A DNA stretch of 64,000 nt from positions 124,001 to 188,000 of the IMG/VR virus record IMGVR_UViG_3300034073_003542. The stretch is one strand, 5' to 3'. A model generated the notes under the pieces. The model saw only the letters and a list, made by a program, of their open reading frames with translations. It had not been told where the DNA came from and made no database searches. Each line of letters starts with the position of its first letter. Positions within the stretch are counted from its first letter, which is position 1. This document shows positions 51,914 through 62,008 of the stretch, in pieces. The translations under genes and the position numbers were made by a program.

Positions 51914-52561
51914 TTAATTTTGACCTCCCATTGCACTAAGTTCTTCTGGAGTATAAGAGCAATTAACTTCTGCTCCCCTACTTTTAGCCGTTCTCATTCT
52001 CTTGACGTTAGAAGCCGCAGAACTAAATGCTGCAAAAGAATTTGCCGCCGCATAATTTGCCACTCCAAGAGCATTAATTCCCATAGAAGTAGCATTAGAG
52101 AAAGCGTCTTGATTAGCTCCAAGGAATGTAAATTTCCAACTATAAACATTAGTCTGATGTTCAATCATTTGTTTAATTTGGTCTAATTTAAATTCATGGC
52201 TAGAATTTTCTCCTCCATCAGTAACTATAACAAAAGTTACCAATCCTGGGCGGTCTTTTTCTTCCATATTACTTAATCTTGCACCAGCTTCATTAATAGA
52301 ACGTCCTACTGCATCTAGAAGTGCCGTCATTCCGCGAGGAACAAGATTATATTCTTTTACATTTTGAATAGATTCACCCTTATATACAAAATTATATTCA
52401 TTATCAAACTCTACAAGAGTAAGCAAACATTCTCCAGGTTCCTTTTTTTGTTCAGAAATAAAGTGGTTGATACCGTTTTGTGCTTCTATTTTTGTAGCCT
52501 CCATTGAACCACTTCTGTCAACAATTAATGTTACGTCTGTTAAATCGTTTCTCATTTTCAT
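51914..52561 (-). CDS. vWA-domain protein
   Basis: IVDRSGSM (MIDAS DxSxS), GMTALLDAVG, IVTDGGENSS, FTFLGANQDA. Confidence 0.92.
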   Translation of the reverse strand: MKMRNDLTDVTLIVDRSGSMEATKIEAQNGINHFISEQKKEPGECLLTLVEFDNEYNFVYKGESIQNVKEYNLVPRGMTALLDAVGRSINEAGARLSNMEEKDRPGLVTFVIVTDGGENSSHEFKLDQIKQMIEHQTNVYSWKFTFLGANQDAFSNATSMGINALGVANYAAANSFAAFSSAASNVKRMRTAKSRGAEVNCSYTPEELSAMGGQN

Positions 52562-53309
52562 ACTCCTTTTGTTTAATATCTAATTGCTAGATTGTTAATT
52601 CTTTTTTCTGTTTCTTCTAGTTTCGCTTCTATCTTCTTAAGTTTTTTAAGTACGGCTTCCAATACTTCATCTTCACCTATAGGATAATTTTCATCCTCGT
52701 ATATTTCGATTGCGTCTATTATATCGTAAAATAGATCATTACCACTATCCTCTGATGTAAGAGTTGTGTCATCCATATATCTCATACATAAATCAATAAA
52801 AGATGTTGCTCTTTCCAAATCTTCATCGTTTTCAATTACAAATTTCATCATACCTCCTCGTCTGGCTCGTGCGATAAATATAAAGCTGCTGATATTTGAC
52901 GAATAGCATTGCGTTCGTTTTCTGTCATAGCATACCAAGGGGCGTCTAATATGTCGCGCAAATCATCTGCTTCTGGATGGTCGCCTTTTCCTGCCACTAT
53001 TAATTTATGTAACTCTATACATCCATAGAGTGACTTGAGAAAGTTTTCGCTCATATTTTAAAGTCCTTGAAATCATCCCAAGCGGCAAACCCACACAAAT
53101 ATCTTCTACTACATTCCCAATCTAAAGTCCACAAACAAGTTCCCACAGCACCCCAATGGTCGCTTAATCTAATTACTCCGTTTTCTAAATGCCAGTAAGA
53201 AGAACCAGAAAAAGACCAATAATCTGGATTAGTTCTTGGCGTTTTACACGATTGATAATTTGCCCATGTTCTAAAAAAGAAGTTTGTTTTGTCGTACCCC
53301 ATCAATATA

Positions 53310-53762
53310 TTATAGGTTTGGTTTGGTGTTTGTCAAGTAGTTCCATAGACAATTTGGTGTAATTTGATCCGTCTTGGATTGGATTAAATTTTCCATTATC
53401 AAAGATCGCCCGCAAATTTCCGAACAAAACCATTTTGATCTTGTATTTGTTTGTTTTTTGATGGAAAATCTGCTTCCAGCAATTATTGCTCCAAACCAAT
53501 CATAGGGTTTTCCGACTTGAGATTCGCACCAGACATACATCCTAAATTCTTGTGAGTCTGAAACTTCAATTGTTGTATAATCCCAATGTTCAGGATTGGG
53601 CATAATTTTTTTGAATCTTACTCCTCCATCTCTTGTTGATGAAGAAAACCATTCGCCAGTTTTGAAAATTAGTTCAACATGAGAATATTTACCTCCTGTA
53701 GCCCACGCTATCAATTTATCTTGATAGTCTCCATATTTAGCTAGATAAAAAGCTAACTGCAT
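53310..53762 (-). CDS. Permuted papain-like NlpC/P60 (YiiX/YebB-like) protein
   Basis: KYSHVEL, VGKPYDW.G, KWFCSEI, ITPN.L. Confidence 0.8.
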   Translation of the reverse strand: MQLAFYLAKYGDYQDKLIAWATGGKYSHVELIFKTGEWFSSSTRDGGVRFKKIMPNPEHWDYTTIEVSDSQEFRMYVWCESQVGKPYDWFGAIIAGSRFSIKKQTNTRSKWFCSEICGRSLIMENLIQSKTDQITPNCLWNYLTNTKPNL

Positions 53763-54270
53763 ATAATTTCCTCTAATTCCTTAAGCTCCTTTTGTTCAGC
53801 TATATAGGTTTTTCCATAACCTAGTGACCCTAATCTTTTGGGTGTTAGCAATTCTCCTGCCCTCATAAATCCCTTAAATGTATAGCTTGGAAAAACTCCC
53901 ACCATTAAAGCAAATAAGTCTATATGACGAGATTTCCACGGCACAGCCAAAAGTTTACCTGTAGCATATTTGGTAGTTTTTACATCAACTGATTTTCCAC
54001 ACGGTAATAGGGCATCGCCCTTATCTTCTTGAGAAGTTCTAGTATAAATAGAAAAGTCTAGAAAAACATTGAATAGTTTACAGAAAGCCCACTCTGCTCC
54101 AATTCCTTCTATATCGGTTTCTTCGTTTGATTGATTGCCTATTTTAGAGTTTTTAATTTCTTCTAATCTATTGTTGTCATATCTCATTTTAGCTAGAAGT
54201 AGACATATATCTTGTTCTATTTTAGAGAGATAAACTTTGGAATTAATAGGAACTCGCATTGACATAACTA

Positions 54271-54705
54271 TCATCCGTTTAAGTGATTAATGACTTTCTC
54301 TGCAATCCTAGCTGTTAATCCTTCATCCATATATGTTTGAAAATAACTATCCTCTCGGCTAACACCAGCATAAATATCATCATCCAAAATAGCATATTTA
54401 TTAACTGGTAAACAAGCTTTTTCTTCAAGCCATAAACCTATTTCATGTCCTCTATGTCCACCAAAAGTTTGTGGTGTAACATCATATATTTCCATTCCGT
54501 GAGATAGTAATACAGCTTTTACCATATCAAAATCTTCTTTACGGATTCTCCATGTGCTACTTAATACTATTTTTGCGTCAGTAGCATAAACTATTGCTTT
54601 CAATAAGGAGACTCTATCCGCATCTATATAATGGATTCCATATTGGGAAAGACCTTCCCAGGTATTCAAAACTCCGTCAATATCGAGCATCAGTACCTTC
54701 ATCAT
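54271..54705 (-). CDS. HAD-family phosphatase, Swiss-Army-knife RNA-repair-like (HAD_SAK_2)
   Basis: LDIDGVLN, IVLSSTWR, RGHEI..WL, YAILDDD. Confidence 0.85.
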   Translation of the reverse strand: MMKVLMLDIDGVLNTWEGLSQYGIHYIDADRVSLLKAIVYATDAKIVLSSTWRIRKEDFDMVKAVLLSHGMEIYDVTPQTFGGHRGHEIGLWLEEKACLPVNKYAILDDDIYAGVSREDSYFQTYMDEGLTARIAEKVINHLNG

Positions 54706-55691
54706 TCACTTCCTTAGTTTTTTTAGTATATCTATGTATTATAGCATACTGATGGAGTCTGTCAATAGTGATAAATATTTCCTGGCATCCTTGGCTCACA
54801 AGGATATGTACTTGGTGGTTGTTGTAGTGGATAATATGTGGGCGTCAATTTTTGATTTTGTGTTGTAAATAGCATTAAATTAGTTTCTAGAATATTAATT
54901 CTTCCTATTAGGTCTTTAGTTACTAATTCTAGGTTTAGCAGGGAGGATAAGATAACATCTAATTTTTGGTCAGTTGTTGGTGGTTTGATAGCTTTCTTTT
55001 TGGGCGATTTTGTTTTAGTTTGTTTTGTTTTCTTTTTCATTAGACCACTCTCGTTTAGTTAATTGACTAATTAAATCCATTAAAAGTACTGGAACTATAA
55101 AAATTGCTCCAATAAAAAATACTGAAAACCAATATAGTCTTTCATATCCTTCTTCAATCATTCCTTCTCTATTCCAAGATAGAAAAATAATAATTGTTGT
55201 ATAGACTAATAAATAATTTAATAGTTTTGTCATATTATTTATAGATAAATTCCTATCATATATCCAACTATATAAGCAAAAAAAGCTATCATAGCCAGTG
55301 TCATGAATTCTTTCATCTCATTATATTCCTAACAAACATCCCAAACCCAATTAAAACGTGTAGCACGAATACATACCATAAAACAGGAAATAAAAACGCT
55401 CCACAAAATAATCCGGCAAAAAGTACCTGAAATGTTAGATTAAAAAAACTGGCTGTTTTATCTGTAATTTTCATTATAGATAGAAACGGATTAAAATATA
55501 TCATTAATAGAGTTGAGATTAACGATATCATTATTTTGGCTCAAATTTAAGAGATAAAATTAGTAATGTTGGAACCCATATACCAATAAAAATTCCTGTT
55601 TCATGATTAATAGAGTACCATGCAGATATACTTGTAGCTATACTAACAAGTCCACACACAAAACATATATCGCTAAGAAGTTTATTCATTA

Positions 55692-56543
55692 TTATATTGT
55701 AACCTTTTGTTTAGATGAAATAGTGTAACTTTTAATAATATCTTGAAATCGCCAAAAATCTTTAAAACAGCACAAAAATCCAGACGCATGAGTAAAATGA
55801 GAGTAAGGATTTGGTTGAATCTTGATGTTGTCAGTATTGATTGAGATTAAACGATATCCTGAATCTTCTCTACTATCTTGAGTTAAAATTAAAGAAATGT
55901 CAAGTTTCTTCATTTTACAGAAATATTGCGTAGGTAGCTTATCAAAATCGTTACGGTTAACACCAACGCATCCTGTTACATCTAATATATTGTGTCCGCT
56001 AACTTCACCAAGAACATAGCCGTCCTCGATTATATCAATTAGATTTTTCTGTTCTTCTATTGTACGACAGATATTTTCTCCGATCTTAGCCATCAAAATT
56101 AAGATTGGGCCATTAACTCTACAATCTTGAAATTCGCTGAATATTTCAAGTACACCCTCAACAATGGGTGATCTTGTCATCTTAACAGACTCAATATCAG
56201 TTTTGATTAACTTAGCTGCGGCAGTAGGACCGAATGAATCACAAACTTCAATAAATCTTAGCTCTGGCATGAAATCTCTAAATTCAATATCTCCATAAAA
56301 ATATTCCAGAATTTGTGTAAAAGAACAAATTTCTTGCTTGAATTGGTGATGGTCAAAATTCTTTAAGTTAGGATTAAACTGTAGACCTTGATCTATTACC
56401 CAAATATTAGGATCGCCCAAATCTTCTTGGGTGAAATCACGCCGATAGATTTCACATTGAGGTAATTTATAGAGAAGCACACAAGCCGCCAAAAAATCGT
56501 CGGAATGAGCCGAATACTTGTGAACTATAACTTTTTCAATCAT
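55692..56543 (-). CDS. MYG1-family (DHH-like) exonuclease
   Basis: H...AHSDDFLA, IYRRD, VIDQG, NFDHHQ, FTHASGFL. Confidence 0.75.
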   Translation of the reverse strand: MIEKVIVHKYSAHSDDFLAACVLLYKLPQCEIYRRDFTQEDLGDPNIWVIDQGLQFNPNLKNFDHHQFKQEICSFTQILEYFYGDIEFRDFMPELRFIEVCDSFGPTAAAKLIKTDIESVKMTRSPIVEGVLEIFSEFQDCRVNGPILILMAKIGENICRTIEEQKNLIDIIEDGYVLGEVSGHNILDVTGCVGVNRNDFDKLPTQYFCKMKKLDISLILTQDSREDSGYRLISINTDNIKIQPNPYSHFTHASGFLCCFKDFWRFQDIIKSYTISSKQKVTI

Positions 56544-58248
56544 TTGATCCCAATAAAACTAATGCCTGCTCAACAAAGTCTTTCGTTTCTTGTTCATGCC
56601 ACGAGTATTGTAAATCCCAATCCCTGTCTCTGATAAAAGCATGAAGTTCTTCCTTAGAATCATACCATAATATAGAATTAAAAAGAGATTCTCGTAACTC
56701 TTCAATTTCCTTGAATGATTCACACGCTTGTAAAGCATCACAACCCGAACAACTTCCCCATCCAAAAATCAACATACCATAACGGTTTCCGTCACGCAAA
56801 ATTAAACGAGAATCACCCTGATAATCACTATCATCAACCTGTAAAAGTGTTTCAAAACCCATAGAGTTAATTAAAGCCCCATAATCTCCTGGGCCATAAA
56901 ATCGCCCATATTTCTCTTCATCCTCTGCTAAACAAGGATAAACTTCTCTAATAGGTTGCATCATTCACTCCATTTTTCCTCAATGTAAAACATTGTCTCT
57001 TCTGCTTTCATTGTGTCGTAAAAACAATCAATATCTGTCTCGTATGTAATTTCGTCATACAGTTTTCTATCAACCGTATGTAGAGTATCCATAAGAGCTT
57101 GCCCAAATCTTAGGTCAGGATTATTGCAATACTTTTCGTCAACAAGCTCCATAAAATCAGAAAATTTACTCATTCAATCGCCCTTATTATCCATCCTGCA
57201 CCAGTATTCAAATGAACTAACTGGTGGTGATATATGTGTCGTTCTTTCATGGTCATTTTTTGTCATATACATAATATTAGGCGGAAGTTTACCGGGTGGC
57301 GAAACCCAAGGTTTGTTATCTTCTGGATCAGGAATATACGGCCATGTTTTCTTTTTAGGATATTCTGGGAGAGGAATAGCTGGAGGAATAATCTTGATTG
57401 GTTCACTATTAGCTAATATAAATCTTCCATTACTTTCAATGGTTGCATGAATCTCAACAGATTGTATCGGACTATCAACGAGTTGCTCTAGTTCTGCTAA
57501 ATCTCTAGCTACATAGAATGATGTATGATTTACTTTATATACATATTGAATAGTAACAGATACTTCTTTATTTACTTGTTTTCTAGCCATTGCTTGCCTT
57601 TCTTTCTATTATACGGGAGTTCCTGTGTTTGTCAACTACCTAGTTAAGTTCATGCACTCTTTTTGGGCGGATTTATAATATCTGGGGTTTTCTGTTTTGA
57701 GATATGTTATATATAGATCGAATATTCCTTTTGTTACTTGTTTGTATGTATTTGTCGATCCACAAATCCTGTCAACAAAACTCTTTTTATCAGTATTGAT
57801 TGTATAAAGAGGAAATGGATCGTGTGGTTTCTTGCCATCAAATCTGATATAATATTTAGTGTTAGTTGGATTAACTTCTCTAACATCTCTATTTAATCCT
57901 GCAACCAATTCTTTAGCGAATACTTTATCGTCATCCTTATTTCGTAGAGAATTTTCATATTCATCTTCCAATTCTTGATATTGTAGAGTAGTATAGAATT
58001 TATTTTGTTTTGGTACTTTACTCATTTGCCTTAATTTCTTCTTGAGTGGAAGTGGTTCGATCTTGAGTGATTGGGTGATACAAACTCACCACATATTTCG
58101 TTGAGAACACACCAAAGACCGTTAAAAATAGGGCCACTAATAAAGTTCTTGTGAAACTTTCAGTATAATCAACATCATGTTCGCTGCTCATATTTTCATC
58201 CTATAAGTAAAGGTATTCTGTCTTATTATAACAGAAGTAGAGAGATTG

Positions 58249-59724
58249 TCAACCTTCCTTGATAGTTTTTTCTGTTATTTTCCCCGTTTTTTCTAGTCTC
58301 TCTTGTTCTTCATACTCCATTAATCCAACTACAAGTAAAGATATTTTATCAGCTATTGTTTGTCTTTCTTCTTCCGTCCAACTATCAAAAAAATGATCTA
58401 TACTATCTTCAGCCATTGTAATTCAGTTTCTATGATTTTCTTTGTTATTTTTTCGCCTTTTTCTAATTGAGTTAATTCTGTTTGGTCAACAATTCGTCTC
58501 ATAAATTTAGTCCAATAGTCCATAACATTAGTGGTGTTTTCTTGATTGCTTGGAAATTTGTCGAAATATTCTTCGTTCATTGTATTGTTTTTCTTGTCTG
58601 ATATCCTTCTTGATATCCTTCTGGACTAAAACTGTGAGATATACATTCAGGAACAAATTGCCAATCCCTACTAACGTATTTTACATATAGCCCAGTATTA
58701 TTGTCAATATATCCTCCATCTACAATTACTGTAACTTTATCTGGCGACGATTTTTCTGGTTTCAAAGCCATGTTGATATCCTTCTTCGTAAATATTATGT
58801 GGATCTCTATATTCTATACTTCTAGTTGTTCCATCTAAGTATGTGATATCAATATTGTGTGTCATTCTACCAGCAATATCAGCAATGTTTGGAGCAAATC
58901 CATCCCATATTTGGTCTATTTCTCTTGTACTAGAAATAGTTAGACCTGAAATATTTACAGCTTCTTCTCTTGATATACCAAATGACGCTAATATTGATAT
59001 GGTTGCTTCATCCATTGATTATTCTTGTATAATAAGTCTTGTCTGGTATCCTTTTCGATATCCCATTTTATATCTGTCAAGAAAAACATTTTCAAAACAA
59101 CCAGAACCCATAAAAGCAAAATCGCCCAATAAATATTCAAAATTAACAACTCCAGATGAAAAAGGTAGAGGTTCTTCTATTTGCATCTCTGGTATCCCTG
59201 GTATTGTTACGCTTTCAGGTTGCAATAATTTTTCTTGTTTCATAGCCATGAGTATATCCTGCTTCTAATTTTTGTAGAGAACCAAATAGAAAATCCATTA
59301 ATCGTTTAGTATATGGCTTCTCTTCGTTAGCTTCACAGTAACGATATATTGATTCAATATTGTAAGATTTTTCTTGTTTCATAACCTTCCTCGTAACCTT
59401 CTGGATTACCCAATTCATAATTAATGAATTGAAGACTTCTTCTATCCATAATAATTGGACCCATTGTTTGGTAAGCAAAAAAGGGCATTCTATAACGATC
59501 TTCGTTTTCTGGTATTTCTGGTTTGACTAATCCTCCTGTTGCCATTATTATTCACTCTCGATCTTTTTTAGTGTTTCTTTTCCTGGGATATATCCTTCCC
59601 AATCAGTCATGTCATCCAAAATTATAGTAGCGGCTGATCTTTCAAAAGCCAACTCCAGTTCTCTGAACAAAATAGCTGTAAGGTCTATATGACACGCCCA
59701 AAAATTGTCGATTTCATCAGGCAT
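58249..59724 (-). repeat. Array of 8 overlapping micro-ORFs with a shared C-terminal module
   Basis: ORFs 59548..59724, 59354..59545, 59215..59382, 59019..59249, 58737..59015 and 58577..58771 end in xGYxxG(Y/F/K)(E/Q)T(R/L)xx; 58398..58580 and 58249..58416 carry LEKxxKITxKxI. Confidence 0.8.
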
Positions 59725-59985
59725 CATTTCCGCCCCAAAACTCTTTTAACACTATCTTTAAGTTTATATTATTTTTTCTGTTATATATACGAGCCATTAA
59801 TCTTTTATCAGATGGATCAGACGGCCTCCAAAATTCAACAACATTATCATTAGGAAATCTATAACTATGTGGTGGATCATATTGTCGTATATAAGATATT
59901 TCTCTACTATATCTTTCATAAACATAATATAGTTGCTCTTTAGCTTCATCAAGTAATTGTTTTCTGTTTTCGAAATATTGTTTGA

Positions 59986-60153
59986 TCATATATTATTTAT
60001 AGCAACGATTGTTGAAGCTATTTCTATAATTAGAAAAGATATCAATAAAGCCATTGATCCTAATATAAAACCCGTTGCACTTATAATAATAGTCTGTAAG
60101 GCTATATAACCATATTTTTCTCTTCGTTTTCGTTTAAAGTATTGTCGAATCAT
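59986..60153 (-). CDS. 55-aa membrane micro-protein with MIRQYF N-terminus
   Basis: Manual translation MIRQYFKRKRREKYGYIALQTIIISATGFILGSMALLISFLIIEIASTIVAINNI; overlaps both neighbours at their start/stop codons. Confidence 0.6.
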   Translation of the reverse strand: MIRQYFKRKRREKYGYIALQTIIISATGFILGSMALLISFLIIEIASTIVAINNI

Positions 60154-61391
60154 TATACGGTAGCACCAATTATTTCTATCAAAGTAGTTTGTTTTGATTC
60201 TATTTCAGATAGGTCTTTCTCTATAAGATCAAGAATGTTTGATTTGAAATAGACTTCTTGTAGATGAGCATAAAGAGTTCCGTGATATTCTGACTCAAAA
60301 CCTGACTCACACATAAGAGGAGAGGTTGAATATGGATCTTTTTCCCATACATAAAGATATCCTCTTCTGTCATATTCGCCCAATCTAAGAAGATTTGAAT
60401 ATTTTCCCAGTTCTTTATATCCATATTTTATTACTGCTACATATAAATCTTCTATAAAGGTTAGTTTTTCTATTATATTATTGAGAATCTTAAAACCAAA
60501 ATGTCTTTTAATAGCTCCGTATTCTGGTAATTTTAACTCACTAATAGTAGTATAGATTTGATTTATTCTATTTCTTATTGAATCAATCTGTGAAGATTTA
60601 GTTTCTAGTTGTAACATATAGCTGGACTTCTTGTTTGATTTGTTTTAGGTCTTGATTCAAAAGATCAATAAGATTATCTTTAAAAGAGCATATAATATCT
60701 CCATTTGGATCTATTCTTAGAACCTCAAGATATTTTTTGTATTCATGATATACACTCTCATGTACAGGAAATGTATTAAGCATAGAATAATTTATACTAT
60801 TATTAATCATATCTAACTTTCTTTCAAAGAAGTATCTCTTAATAAGACTCATATCTTTGATTAGATATTTAAGTTCGGTGATCTTATCGTATATTGCTAT
60901 CATATCATTTTATCTAGTTCTTTCTCGATAAGGTCTAATACATTTGGCTTAAAGTACATATCTGGAAGTAACGATTGACCAAATTGATTGCAATAATGTC
61001 CTATGTCAATATATTTATCTGATATAATCATATTAAATGTTTCGTATGTATCGTAATTATATATTACGAAACTAAGTTCTGTAGTTACGCCACATTCTTC
61101 ATAAGAACAATATTGAGATATAGTAGTACAATATCTATTAAGATTTTCTTCTCCATACATATCAAAAAGAGTTAATACGGATTTAAACTCATTTAGTTTA
61201 TCAAATACACTTCTTCTTTTTATTGTCTCGAAATGTTTTTTAATCATTCCAAGCTTAGAATAATCACCACCAACAAGAGAATTTCTAGTTTGATGAATTT
61301 TATGGAGAAGCTCTTTGATAGTCATACATTTTCTTTCTCTTGATTCTGTTAGATATAATCTGTTTGGTTTGATCTTTATTGATAACCCCAA
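60153..61391 (-). other. Three tandem paralogous hypothetical genes (60153..60617, 60598..60903, 60900..61391)
   Basis: Shared IK(R/K)(H/Y)F and C-terminal FKxN(I/L/V)(L/I)DL(I/L)xx(D/E)L motifs. Confidence 0.7.
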
Positions 61392-61945
61392 TATAATTCA
61401 AACCCAATAAATAAGACAAATCTTCTGGATCAATACCGCACTGATCTACTTTGACTCGCTCTTTTTTGCAGATTCCTAGAAAATCATTTAGAAAAAATCC
61501 CGAGACAAATTGATTAAAAGTTTTCATCAGACACCTTCTTTTTTCCCTGAAACTAAAGTTAGCGGGCCTTTAGAAATCCATACAAAGTCATCAAAACTAT
61601 AAGGAAAGATTTCATTATGTCTGTATATTTGTACGTGTTTTCCTGGTTCTCCAGGCATCATATCTCTAACCAGAATTATCTCTGATCCAGCACACGAATG
61701 TCTTTTTGCCCAATAATATCCAGGCTTTCTAGTTTTAGTCATTATTATTGCCTTCCACAATAATTAAGTTTCTATCGCTCCCAAAATCGTAATCGTCATT
61801 ATCGGCCAGAATCTCTATCTGTTTGATTCTCCAATCCAACTCATTCGTATAGTAATCAGCTATAGCATTTAGACTTGGGCCGACTACCCAATCAGTTGTT
61901 TCTTGTTTAGTTGCGGTTGCGTGAGTAATTTTACAAAGTATCATA

Positions 61946-62008
61946 TCTCAATTGGCGATGGCCTTTTTTGCGATACTTTTCTAAAGTATCTCTCAAACGG
62001 CGACGGCC
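61946..62008. repeat. Direct repeat - palindrome - direct repeat element (copy 2 of the 25-bp element)
   Basis: TCTCAATTGGCGATGGCC (61946..61963) and TCTCAAACGGCGACGGCC (61991..62008), 15/18 identical, flank GATACTTT-TCT-AAAGTATC. Confidence 0.75.

Noticed and set aside
58249-59724. CRISPR array interpretation of the GYxxGY repeats
   Set aside because: The repeats are degenerate mainly at synonymous positions, the spacers are 100-250 nt, unequal and open in frame, and no cas gene is in the window.
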